Origin: the human T2T-CHM13v2.0 reference genome, Homo sapiens | DNA: 64,000 nt | Strand: one strand, 5' to 3' | NCBI RefSeq assembly: GCF_009914755.1 | Contig: NC_060929.1 | Shown here: piece after piece, positions 18,749-39,211 of the stretch | Numbering within the stretch: position 1 is the stretch's first letter | Layout: every line of letters starts with the position of its first letter | Program-made: the position numbers and the translations under genes | Notes under the pieces: generated by a model | What the model saw: only the letters and a program-made list of their open reading frames with translations | What the model was told of the DNA's origin: nothing | Databases searched by the model: none

Positions 18749-20984
18749 AGAGAAATATGGGCCTGTTTGAGAATTTGGCAAAAGTGATTGGTCTTCTTTC
18801 CAGAAAAAAAAAAATCTGCATATACCACTTCCCCTCCAAAATTTACATACAATTTGAAGATATTCAGTGACCCATTTGAAGTACATTTGGGAAAAAGAAA
18901 ACAAAACAAGCAAGCTACAGAGCAACTACTTAAAAGAACATTTTAAATCAATGTTCCAAACACGTAACTCTCTTAAAGTTTGTCACTGCAGGGCTAATTC
19001 TATTAAGTAACTGTTAATCCTGCACCCCTACATAGTGACCCGCCTTGGTTAGTCAGCAGTCATGTATTATTACCAAAATATTACATAGTTTCTGTCCTGG
19101 TGGATAAATAATTACTACTTTGAACTCCCCTAGCCCTCAACTGTTAACCTGCCCCATCAGCCAGATAAGTAGGACCATGTAATGATCCAGCAATGAGGAA
19201 ATTTAAGCCTGATTGATATAATACGGGCCTCCAGGATGCAATGTCTACACAAAGACCAATTCTGATTGTTCAGCGTCCATGCCTTATTTAGGTGTTACGA
19301 GATATTTTGAATATAAACTCTGATTTGCCCATTTTATTTTTCCTAAGAGTAATAATCTACTTTGAAAAAGAGACAGAACTCTAGATACTTTCTTTACTCC
19401 ACTGAGATAAGAGTATAATGAAGCAGTTGTCTTTGTCCTGTATTTTTAAAGGTAGGAACCTGAAAAGATTATTCACAGGTTAATCTTCCAATAGAAATGC
19501 AAAAAAATGAGAGGGGAAAAGAGTTCGGGAATAGCAGATGCTGGGTAGTTTGGGTAAGGGAGGGAATATAGGGAATAGGGAATATATAGAGGGAATATAG
19601 CCTTAGGGTGTTTAGCCAGGTATTTTTGACTGCCTAGACTCATGTCCTTTCAGAAAGCATCACACAATCATTCCACATGATTCTTGCGAAGCCCCTCTCT
19701 TGTTCCTCACTTCCTAACCTCCAGGCATAGCCAGTCTTATTTTCTCATTCTCTATTAGCAGTAATGTATCTAAAAAGTAAACATTTAATCCAAGCAAATA
19801 GCCAAGCAGAATCCAAGCAGATATATTGATAATGGGAGAAAGAAACTCTTTTCTATGGGAGGTTGTGCCTCCGTCTTTTTTTCCAAGTGGAGAATGCCTT
19901 CATGTAGATGTAGCTAAGAAGAGGTAAGAAAGTGATGGAGGGAAAAAGTCCTACTCATGACGAGGTGAGTCTCTGAGGCACTGACTCTACAGTTACTCAT
20001 TTTATTTCTACATCTTTAAAAATCCTTCCAGCTAAGATAACTAATAAACTTTCATCATTTATTGTTGTTATTATTTAAATTGCTTATGCTATTTTGATTT
20101 GAGTTTCTGTCACTTGTAATCAAAAGAGGGCTGATTAATTTAGAGGGTTAGGTGAAAGGCCATGTTTATGTAAAGAGGGGATTTGTAAATGATGCAATTA
20201 TCAGAGACTAAGGCACAAAATTCTAAATAGAAGGGACAGATTGCCAATATTAACACAATTGACTTTACAGCTATTGTGATAATTTTTAAAAGCATATCCT
20301 CTGACAATGTTTTAATTACTTAGTAAAAAAATGGCATCTATTTTACTCAGTGCAAATATTCTGCAGTTTGGAAATGCAATACCTTTATTACGATAGCCAA
20401 AAATACCACACACTGAATTAATCTAGTTAAATCTCAACTAGAAAAAATACATATTTTTGATGATTTATGTTAAGAAAGTCTTAAATATTCTAGATAAAAC
20501 AACAGGGGAAGCTGAGGTTGAGCTTTTCAAATACTTTTTCCAATAAGATTGAATATATGGAAGCTTTATTTTTAAAATACTATTTAGGCTTTCTGATATA
20601 AAATCAAATAACAAACTATTGCTTTATTAACTTATTTGTTACTCAATGTCCAGGGAGCTTTAGAAACAAAAGAACTGCTAGATATTATAGCTCTTTAAAC
20701 TATATATTTTTTATATTTAAGCATCAGTATTCTAGCCTTTCTAGTGACTAAACAAACTCATAAGAACATTTTATGAACTAATGCATAATTATTCCCATTC
20801 AGTAGAGAGAGTCATCAAGCTTCATAGCATTTACTAAAAGCTTTAGCCATAAATGGAATTTTCCATAACAGCAGAAAACTCATCACAATTATATGAAAAG
20901 TAGATTGTAAGATAGTATAAGGGGACAAATGGTTATAAAGTAAATGATTTGCAATAATTCCATCTGCTGCCTAAATGCAAACAC

Positions 20985-26892
<5,908 letters not shown>

Positions 26893-28399
26893 GAGAGAAT
26901 GGAGGGTACTAGGAATAAAGTTAGGACTTCTGCACGCTAAAAAAAAAAAACACTCTGAACACTCTTAGAAGACACATGGTAGAGATCTCACTCTTTCTGA
27001 CAATGAAGTTTCTTTAACTCTACTCCAATGAGGCCTAAAAGTGAATCACCAAGCCCATATCACTGCCAGCTGGAACTAATGCCAGATTTATTTGTGTGAA
27101 CAAGGCCGTAGGCTAAATTACAATGCTCTGGAGCAAGATTCATAGACTTGGGACACTCTTGACTCTGGGGACAATACAAACAACTAAGTCATAGGGGAAG
27201 CATGACTGGACTGCATCGGGGTGAGCCTAGACATGACTCACCACGAGGGACTACCTGATCCAAGCATATCATTTGTACGATTCCAGTCTTACCACACCAA
27301 AACTTGCAGAATCAAACCAACAGCTTACAAGTGGTTACATATCTGATAGATTGAATGTGTCCCAGAAAAGTTGTGAGGTAAGTGTGTAAATTACAGATTA
27401 TAAAGAAGTGAGAAGGAGAGGTAGGTATGGAATCTTTCTGAAGAAGCCTTGAAGTGATATTGCCATCAAACAAAAAAGATGCATGAAGCACATATTCTGC
27501 CCTCAGCTCTGTGCTGGGTGCTATACATCTGACACGATTTAGATCCCCTGCTTATCCTTTGAAAGGATTTCATGGGTTCTCTAAAATTCTGCAATACCTA
27601 GATATGGTTGCCGTGGACACCATGTTGTTCTGGGTCCTTCTTTTTATATTCAGGAGGTGACCAAAGGAGGGGTGAATTAAAAAGAAGAGACTATCTCTGC
27701 TTTCCACTTGTTCCTATCTCAGATTATTTTTTGAGGCTCTTCTCTCAAGAGATATACCAGTTTTCATATCAGGGCAAAAGGATGGAAAAGGCTACTTATT
27801 CAAGTATCTTCATGCCTGGGTAGAGAAATCAGGCTTCAGAGATGAACCAGAGAGTGGAGCAAAGACAAAGTGCTGACTGTTGCCTTACCCCCACTCTGTC
27901 TTGAACCACTCATCTCTTAGGACTAGAGAGTAGGAAATAAGAAAAGAAAATTAAATTTCAGGAGTAACTTTACAAGGCTTATGCCATGCTCTCTCTAGAA
28001 AAATGCAAAAATGAAAATATTCTTATTTTAAATAATTAAAAAATAATTCTCCACTAAGATTAATGGTGATTTTTAACTGGGCAAATGTAAAAATGTTTTT
28101 TGCAACAAGTTTTGGTGGTAAGTAAAACTACATATGTAGTTCTGCAGATATAAATATATAAATTGAATAATAAAAATGTTTATAAACGATTTCTGTAAGA
28201 TAATATACCAACAATTATCTATGGATGGTGAAATTATGAGTAATTTTAATATTAATCTGAATAAGTTTTGAGTTTTTTCCTAAACTTTCTTCAGTGATCA
28301 CCTGTTACACTTATAATCAGGAAAATCAGCATTTTATTAAAAAGGCAAGCACTAAATGAGTATTTTAAAATAATATTGACCATGCATATATCACTAACT

Positions 28400-28510
28400 T
28401 TGGAGGCAGCAAGATGTAGAGTTGAATATCAGCTCTGCCACATACTAACTATATGATTTTAGTAAGGCCAAGTTTCCCTCTTTCCTGAGTCTCAAAGTGC
28501 ACATCACTGA
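28400..28510 (+). mobile_element. MIR fragment
   Basis: agctctgccacatactaactatatgatttt...ctgagtctca core. Confidence 0.5.
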
Positions 28511-28732
28511 ATTCATGAGAAATGATCTGTCAGTGGTATACAGTGAGTGATTAAAGTCACTTATGGGCAGCTTACAAAACATCAAAAACAAAGTTGAAGG
28601 TAACCTAAATGTTAATGAAAATATATAATTTTTTAGATTATTCTAAATAACACACATTAAGATGGCATGGTTTAACACTGTAGAGAGACTTTAAGTTAAA
28701 AGACTAAAAATACTTCTATTTAAATGGCTACT

Positions 28733-29178
28733 TTTATGGATTGCTTTGGGTCTCCCCAGAATTCATATATTGAAATCCTCACCCACCCCCAGTACTTTAG
28801 AATGTGATTTGGTTTGGAGATAAAGTCTTTACAGAGGTAATCAAGTTAAGATGAAATCATTAGGGTAGGCCCTAACCCAATGTGAGTGACATGCTTTTTT
28901 TTTTTTTTTTTTTTTTTTTTTAAGTTGGAGGGTATTTGAACACAGAGAGGTGCACAGATGGAAGACAATGTGAAGAGACATACAGGGAAGGAAGTTGTCT
29001 ATCTACAGGCCAAGAAGAAAGGCCAGGGACAGATCTTTCTCTCAGCTTACTCAAAAGGAATCAACGCTACTGGCACCTTGATTTGAGACTCCTAGCCTCC
29101 AGAACTGTGAGGCAATACATACATTTCTCTTGTTTAAGCCATTCAATTTGTTGTACTTTTGTTATGGAAGCCCTACAG
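28733..29178 (+). mobile_element. MLT1B-like solo LTR with an internal T27 run
   Basis: gaggtaatcaagttaagatga, tagggtaggccctaacccaat and agcctccagaactgtgag motifs. Confidence 0.85.
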
Positions 29179-29331
29179 TTACTTTACTTTTCCGTACATT
29201 AATATTTTTGAATGATCACTCTTTATTTGTCTTCACCCTCATGAAAGCAAAATGTACAAATAGAAGTCTAGCATTTATGAAAGCACTTGGCATGAAGCAA
29301 GATAACAAAAATATCTACATAATATAATTTT

Positions 29332-30706
<1,375 letters not shown>

Positions 30707-31571
30707 TAATAGAATTTTAAAAATTAATATTGTTTAATTAAGTTTTTTTCACAGATGGAATCTCCAAATTATGCGTTTTCTTTCAAAAAGAGAAAGCAAA
30801 ACTTCAAATTATAAAGACAACTTGTTTGCTCTCTACTGAAGTTCACGATACATTAAGAATAAACAAAAATATATAGGATGAAAGAAGGCAACTTTAAGTT
30901 GTACTCCACCTCATGTCATATGTTCATTTGGATGTACTTCATAAGCACACAGGACTATCTAGAAGGAAGTTTACTCTTACAAGTCACTGAATGCTAATGT
31001 ATAGTTTTGATGAGACTAGAAATATCCTGGTTTAAGGCTGAAACCCTGAAAGCTAATGACTGAGGCAATTATGATGTTTCCAGGGGGCACAATGGAATTC
31101 TGAGCTTTTATGGTATTTAATTACATTGCTCCTGGGCCATTTACAAGGTCATTCCAGTTTATAAGCAAATATCTAATTGTTTTATCTCATACCCAAGTCT
31201 TACCAACACTCTTCTTTCTTTTCAGAGTAACAGTTAATGCCTCAGAAAACATCATTAAAATGGGTATTTCTTCATATAACAAGGCTCTTATTATTTCAGT
31301 CACTTGGATCTTGGATGGACATTGTGCTTTCAAGCATTTAGAAGTGTGAATTCTTGTTGATATTCATTTCAACTAAATGGGAGGTAATGTGCTAAGCTAA
31401 AAATGAATATGATCTAGTCATACTCTTATTCTAAAGCCACAGCTAGGGAATGAAGTCTTGTCCATGGCAAAGATGGAAAATAGGAATGAAAAACATGTGA
31501 AGGAGAAATAAGAAAATGAGTGCTTTGCATTGGCCGTGTACCTAGATACTGCTCATTGGATGCTATGAAGT

Positions 31572-31594
31572 TGTGTGTGTGTGTGTGTGTGTGT
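31572..31594. repeat. (TG)n microsatellite
   Basis: Pure TG run. Confidence 0.95.
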
Positions 31595-32479
31595 TTAACA
31601 AATAAAAAGTAAAGAAGGAAAGATTGTCTTTTGCTAAAGGACAAATAGAGAGCAAGTTGGAGAAATGCAGTATGAAGCCCTGCCTTTCTGATCTCAAATC
31701 CCATTCACATCTGAAAACTGCACATATAATATATACAATTTAAGTAAAAAGAAATTGTGAACTGTTTTTCTGAACTTATTCTTAATAAAAGGTTATTAGG
31801 TTATACAGTTTTAAGAGTATGACTTAATCACTTGGGTCAATTCAGCCTTGCCATTTGGGCATAGGATATTCTCTATTTGAGTATCTGAGGTGACATAGTA
31901 AATTTGTCTATACTTTAAGACTGATACCTTGCTTGCTCCCAAAGTTATATCAAATCCACAGTTATTAGAACAATAAGGTAATATTAGAGATCAGTTAGTA
32001 ACAACTCTCCTGTCTGTTATTTATTTACTCATTCAATATATCCTGTGTGTGTGTGCATGTGTGTGAGTGTTAAATCCGGTGCTGTGATGGACATTAGAAA
32101 ATCCAATAATATACAAATCAGAAAGGATCTCTCCTTTTAAGTTTACAGAATCTTCAGACCCAGAAGGAACTAGATATTTACCTGCTCCTGTAGGCTAACG
32201 GGGATAAAAAGAGACTGGAAAACTCTTAATCAACAGTTGCAGTGTCACTGGGTGTGAAGTGAGATTACTTAATCTCAAAAATAGGATTTCTTACTTAGCT
32301 CTGAATCTATCTCCAGCACCCAGTATCTGATGAATGTCTGTTACCCTCATCTAAACTGAAATTTTCCATTAAATCTTTTATCACGGGTCACGGCCAGACA
32401 CAGTGATTTAAGATTGACTTCCACTTACTCTTTGCCTTGGGAAAACTCTTAGAAAAACTGTCAACACACAGCCTGGAAG

Positions 32480-33677
32480 TTGGTTAATAGATACAGAAAT
32501 ATGGTTAAATAGAAGGAATAAGTTCTAGCATTAGATAGGACAGTAGGAAAACTATAGTTAACAATAATTTATTATATATTTCAAATAGCTAGAATAGAAT
32601 TATAATGTACCCAACACATTTTTATATAAAAATGCAATTGGAATTTTGATAGGGGTTGAATCTGTATATTACATGGACAGTAAAGGCATGTTAACAATAT
32701 TAATTCTTCTAATACATAGACATAAAATATGTTTTCATTCGTGTATTTTTAAATTTCTTTCATCAATGCCTTATAGTTTTCAGTGTACAGATCTTTCACA
32801 TCCCTGGTTGTATTTATTCTTCTGTATTTTATTATTTTCATGCTATTGTAAACGGACTGTCTTTGTAATTTCTTTCTCAAATAGTTTGTTGTTAATGTAC
32901 AGAAATGCAACTGGATTTTGTATGTTAATTTTGTATCCTGCAACGTTGCTGAATTTATTAATTTTAAGTTTTTTGATGAAGTTTTTAGAGATTCCTATAA
33001 AAAACCATGCCTTATGCAAATAGAGACAATTTAACTTCTTCCTTTACAATTTGGATATTTTTTACTTCCATTTCTTGCCTAGTGGCCCTGGCTAGGACTC
33101 CCAGTACTATGTTGAATAGAAGTGGTGAGAGTGAACTCCCTTGTCTTCTTGCTGATCTTAATGGAAAAGCTTTTGGCTTTACAACATGAGTATGATGTTA
33201 GCTATGGGATTTCCTGTGTTTTCATGATGTTACTTCGGGTCCTTTCATTTCAACTTGAAGAACTCCCTTTGGCATTTCTCTTAAGGCAGGTCTAGTGGAA
33301 ATAAACTCTCTTAGCTTTCTTTTCTCTGGGAATGATTTTATGTCTCTTCATTTCTAAAGTACAGCTTTTACAGACTCATTATTCTTATGTGGCAGTTTTG
33401 TTTTTCTTTTAGTACTCCAAATACATCATTCCACTCCCTCCTGCCCAGCAAAGTTTCTGCTGAGAAATCTGCTTGTAGCCTTTGTGAGTACCCTTCCATG
33501 TGATGAGTAGTTTTTCTCTTGCTGCTTTCAGAATTCTCACTTTGTCTTTGATTTTGACAATTTGATTTTAATGTGTCTAGGAAAAGTATTTTTTGCGTTG
33601 ATCTTGCCTGGAGCATTTGAGCCTCACTAATCTAGACATCCATATTCCTACCAACATTTGGGAAGTTTTAGCCACTA
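32480..33677. mobile_element. Rearranged L1M fragments (plus-strand 3'UTR piece, then minus-strand ORF2 and ORF1 pieces)
   Basis: L1MA 3'UTR motif to about 32618; ORF2 antisense to about 33205; ORF1 antisense (ADFSAETL) to about 33677. Confidence 0.75.
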
Positions 33678-33679
33678 AT

Positions 33680-34720
33680 GAATGTAATGAATATAAAATA
33701 TATTGACATACTGAACAACATGAAAATCAAAAACATTTGCATGGTAAAAATTCACCATAAGTTAAGGCAAATGATAAATGTCAAGGAAGGAATAAAAGTA
33801 TTTGCAACTCAGATCATAAACAAAGTACAAACTTCTCTACTTTGTAAAGATTTGACAGAAATCAACACCAAATGCCCAGTGAAAAATTAGCAAAGGAAAT
33901 ACGGTTTACCGAGAAAGAAAAACAAATGGTTATTAAACTTATGAAAATATGTCCAGGTTCATCTATAAGAATAGATTGAAAATGAAAACAAGTATATCAT
34001 TTCTCACCAATTAGATGTACAAAAATCCAAAGTTTGAATGTTTTTGAAAGGATGTGTGAAAAATACACTTTCAGACTTTGCTGTAGGATTATAAAATGGT
34101 GTAACTACTATAAAGGGAAATCTGGAAATTTCTACAAATCCACAGAAACAATTTACCCTTTCAAGCAGCAATTTCAGTTCTGGAACTCTATCCCACAGAT
34201 ACTTTGTACACATATGAAATGAGAAATGATGTTAGTTATTCACTGTAACATTGTTTTTCACAGCAAAAAAGAAAGAAAGAAAGAAAACCCTGGAACAACT
34301 CAAATATTCCCTGATAAGAATTTATTTAAATAAACCATGATATTTCCACATAGTGGAATATTATGCAGTTGAAAGAAAAAAGAGGAAAAGCTTCATGCAC
34401 TGATATGAAAAAAATCTTTAGTATGTTTTATTAATTGGTAAAATTAAAGCTAGGAGCAGGACAGTGAGAAAGGAAGGAAATTGATAAAAATGGAAGGAAA
34501 TTATGTATATGTATATTTGTGTTTGTATAACATATAATGAGTATTACATATAGAAACACTGAAAAAATAAACATGACACTAATAAATATAATTTCTCATA
34601 GATGGGGAACAGGGTGAAGGAGGAATAGATGGGATTGGGAGACAGACATCTCCGCTTTACCTTTTTATAAAGTTTGACTTTTAAGTAATATAGCTATTTT
34701 ACCTACCCTCAAAAATATTA
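33680..34720 (+). mobile_element. Very old L1ME/MD-like 3' region
   Basis: Degenerate ORF2 C-terminal and 3'UTR motifs (ataaaatggtgtaactacta, catagtggaatattatgcag). Confidence 0.6.
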
Positions 34721-36516
34721 ATTTAGGAAGGAAGAGATAAAAGAGAAGAAGAAAGGAAGGAGGGGAAGAGAGGAAGGGAAAGCGGGAAGGAAATAAGTGG
34801 ATCTAGAATATTTGCACTGGTTTTGCCTTCCCTCATCCATACTTCCTTCACAATGTAAAATAGCACCAGTGAGTCAGACACATGCTTGATACCACTTGGG
34901 AAACAAAAGAAGAATACCTGAGACTCCTATTTCTGTCATCAGGAGCTACCACTCTTCTCAGGGTTCTTCAACCTTGCATTGTTTTAGGTATGCAACTAAA
35001 TTGCAACTAAATTATTGATTCTGCTGGAAGGTTATATGAGTTTATGCACTAAATGGTTTCATCATTTATCACCAGCCCTGCAGTGAGACACCATGGGCAT
35101 ATATCAGCTCTTAGGAAATATGTTCACACATACACACTGTGGCATGAGCTTTTTCTAAGTCAAAGCTGAGGCCTCACAAAGGATGTTAACCTTCTAGGTG
35201 TTTTAAATACATCCATCTGTGAGAAGACTTCAAAATGGATTTTGCAAAAGGTAATTGGAATTAACAGCTTTTTGTGATTTGGAGCTTGGCATAGACACCA
35301 AACAAGAACAAAATGATCATGTTCCTAGGAAATTAGGGCCACTGTCCATAGCTGTTAGGTCTAAATGGAGTTTGTGGGGTTGAGAATAGTGCAATATAAA
35401 TTGATATGGTTATTTGTGTGGTGCAGCAGCAAGGCAGAAGTCAGGGAATCTTCCTTGGTTGGAGGCTTTAGAAATCTCCAGTATAATAAAATCTGGTATA
35501 AGCACTGAACAAATAAAGAGGGGGGCAACCTTCCTAGAGAAATGAAATGAATGCAGGTCCAAAATTCAAAGCTCAGGAAATCTGACTCAACATCTGGTTG
35601 CCTTCATCCATTTTCAAGTACTCTTATTCAATAATAAGGCAAGAAGAAAAATATACCTTTATAATACCCACATTCTTGCTGCCAATTCTGAATCTCAGGG
35701 CACAACATCTTATATTCATTTATTTATTTATCAATGGCCAAGCATTATGCTCTAGTCTAACATCGTTTCTGAAGTATTTTGAATCTACCTCCAGTGCGAA
35801 GGTAAACGAGTGAATTTCCACTCCTCCACCAGTAGATATAAGACTTTAGGCCAATCATCAGCATTTTCTCATCTAAAAGTAAGAGAATTTGGGTTGGAAG
35901 CTAACAAGTTTTTCAATCCTAGGAATTCTACATTATATGTATACTCTGTTGCAGAATAAAATGCTTCATAAGCCTAAGTAGAATCTTAGAAGCTAGGAGC
36001 TGAATTCTGAATCATTTAGTGGAGTAATTGTCTCTAAAAATGCTAATGGAATTTCACAAATGCTTCCTGCCACACCCACTCCTTTTCAGAGACTAGAAGA
36101 TGAGGTTGTGAATTTATGGTGATAGAGCAAACACCCAAACACACAGCAGTTTAATTTTCCTTTATTATTATATTTTTAATTTACTGTGGATGACTAACAC
36201 TTATTAGTATTCTTTTCTGCTGCCACGAACACTGAAAGCTTCTTTCTGTCTGGGTCTTGGCAAAGTATGAAAGTAAATAATTCTTTAAAATATACATAGT
36301 CAGTCCAAGAAAATCGGGAGACCTCAATTGAGTTTGGAGTCACTGATGTACTTCACATTTACCTTAGAAAACTGATCTAGAGTATCAAAGAAATTAAAAA
36401 TAATTAATTTTTAGAATCACAATGCAGTATAAATCATTCAACCAAACTCCACACTCTAGATGGCCATTAATTTGCAAGTGAAGTAGGTCACTGGGACTCT
36501 TAATATATACCAGGGA

Positions 36517-36664
36517 TTTTGTTTTGTTTTGTTTTTTGTTTTTTTGCTTTTTTGCTTTTTTTTAGTTTTTTTAATTTTATTTTCAATACAGTGGGTACAT
36601 GTGCAGATTTGTTACATGGGAGTATTGTGTGATGTTGAGGTTTGGGATATGAATCCTGTCACTC
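36517..36664 (-). mobile_element. Short L1PA16/L1PB-like 3' end with poly(A)
   Basis: T-rich tail followed by gggtacatgtgcagatttgttacatggg. Confidence 0.8.
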
Positions 36665-37492
36665 GACCAAGCCTTTTGAATTGTGAAGAAGAAATCTTTC
36701 AAACATCCTGCCAGCTACCCACTGCTGGCAATATGAGTTGGGGAGAGTAGGGGAGAGAATTCAGGTAGGTAGGAAAGCAAGGCTGCATAATAACACTTAC
36801 ACTTTTACAAACAGTGCTCTAAATAAATTCAGAGAATTTCATTTTAACATGACTGTCACGTTTTGAAGAAACCTTAAGACCCCAGGACTGAGGTAGCTAG
36901 GGAACCAGTTTTTCAATAGTAACATTATTCACACTGATAGAGGGAAGACAGAGACTTATCAAAAAGAAAGGATAGAGATTACCCAGAAAGTTGAAATAGA
37001 AAACAGATAAAAGACTTTCTTCATCTCTAAGAATTACTAAGAAAAGGGATGTTTGCAACCATGGGGTCATATTCAACGTATTTTAATAATCAATTTGCTT
37101 GGGCACAAACCAATGACATTTTCTCTTCTGGCCATGACCAACCAGAAGATATATTCATTGTAAACAGTCAACTGAATACCAGTGTTCTACAATCCTGCCA
37201 GGAAAAGGAACCTGTCCTCACACTAAATCCATTTTTAGTTTCTTTTCTACTTGCAATTTTCATTTTACTAAAGAAGAAATGACAACAAAAAAAAAACAGA
37301 AAACAGAAAAAACACCCAGAAAACATTACCCACCAGGAAGTTAAGGAGTTTGTGTTATAGAAAATTCTCAGAGAAACTTTGCACTATGAGTCCTATTAAT
37401 TCATGAACTCCTGCAGGGAGGTACCATGACTACTACAGCTCCTAGAAGAACAATTCCCAGAAGAATAAATGCAGTCAGTGTTGCTGACTCAC

Positions 37493-37662
37493 CGCATGAC
37501 AGAACAGACACGACAGCCTAAGTAAGAGCCTTGGAGTTATTTTTCCTGCTTGGGATTCAGATTCAAAACAAATGATGATGATGGGCTCCTCTCTGCTTTT
37601 GGGTGGACATGAACCGAGTAGGAATATCAAACTTCTGAATTCAATCACAACCATCACTTAGG
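37493..37662 (-). other. Candidate 170-bp exon (possible lncRNA or small ORF)
   Basis: Acceptor ccccttttattcttctattcttcttAG and donor GCG|GTGAGT; frame open from ATG 37654 to the donor; no expression data. Confidence 0.4.
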
Positions 37663-38445
37663 CTAAGAAGAATAGAAGAATAAAAAGGGGAAAAGGACAC
37701 AAGAGATGAACTATTTCAGCAAAGAGGGGAGTAATTCCCATACCAGCATTCCAGCCATATATTACTAGCATATGGTAGAAAGATGAGATTTATTAAACAG
37801 GAATGAAGAACATGTAGCCAGGCCCCAACATGAGCCAAACTGTTACCATTGCTAGAATTTATATAACTATGAATACATGTAGTGACCTGTTGGTCCTCCA
37901 GAACTTCATTTTGTAAGAAGGAAGAAGCAGCTCCATGGAAAAAAATAAACCGAAGACAAAACAGATAGGCATAACAAACTTTACTTAAGAGCAAGCTTTA
38001 ATCTTTCAAGAGGAAGAGTAATTCAGAGTAAATCATTCTATCTGTCACTCTCACTAAATTAAAAGAAAAAATGGTTTATAAAATATTAACAGGGAAAAAT
38101 CTAATTTACTTACATCTAGCATTAAGAAGAATATCAAAATATGAATTAAAAAAATTAAAAACCTGAAAAAAAAATCGAGGAAGAGACAAGATGGACAAAT
38201 AGGAACAGCTCCAGTCTACAGCTCCCAGCATGAGCGACGCAGAAGACAGGTGACTTCTGCATTTCCATCTGAGGTACCAGGTTCATCTCACTAGGGAGTG
38301 CCAGACAGTGGGCGCAGGACAGTGGGTGCAGCACACTGTGTGCGAGCCGAAGCAGGGCGAGGCATTGCCTCACTTGGGAAGCGCAAGGGGTCAGGGAGTT
38401 CCCTTTCCTAGTCAAAGAAAGGGGTGACAGACAATACCTGGAAAA

Positions 38446-38628
38446 TCAGGTCACTCCCACCCAAATACTGCGCTTTTCCCACGGGCTAAAAAAACGGCAC
38501 ACCAGGAGATTACATCCCACACATGGCTTGGAGGGTCCTACGCCCACAGAGTCTCGCTGATTGCTAGCACAGCAGTCTGAGATCAAACTGCAAGGTGGCA
38601 GCGAGGCTGGGGGAGAGGCGCCCACCAT
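38446..38628 (-). pseudogene. L1 ORF0 homolog, truncated at 60 aa
   Basis: MVGASPPASLPPCSLISDCCASNQRDSVGVGPS matches primate ORF0; early TGA. Confidence 0.85.
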
Positions 38629-39211
38629 TGCCCAGGCTTGCTTACGTAAACAAAGCAGCCAGGAAGCTCAAACTGGGTGGAGCCCACCACAGCTCAAGGA
38701 GGCCTGCCTGCCTCTGTAGGCTCCACCTCTGGGGGCAGGGCACAGACAAACAAAAAGACAGCAGTGACCTCTGCAGACTTAAATGTCCCTGTCTGACAGC
38801 TTTGAAGAGAGCAGTGGTTCTCCCAGCATGCAGCTGGAGATCTGAGAATGGGCAGAGTGCCTCCTCAAGTGGGTCCCTGACCCCTGACCCCCGAGCAGCC
38901 TAACTGGGAGGCACCCACCAGTAGGGTCAGACTGACACCACACACGGCCAAGTACTCCTCTGAGACAAAACTTCCAGAGGAACCATCAGACAGCATCATT
39001 TGCGGTTCACGAAAATCCGCTGTTCTGCAGACACCGCTACTGATACCCAGGCAAACAGGGTCTGGAGTGGACCTCTAGCAAACTCCAACAGACCTGCAGC
39101 TGAGGGTCCTGTCTCTTAGAAGGAAAACTAACAAACAGAAAGGACATCCACACCCAAAACCCATCTGTACATCACCATCATCAAAGATCAAAAGTAGATA
39201 AAACCACAAAG

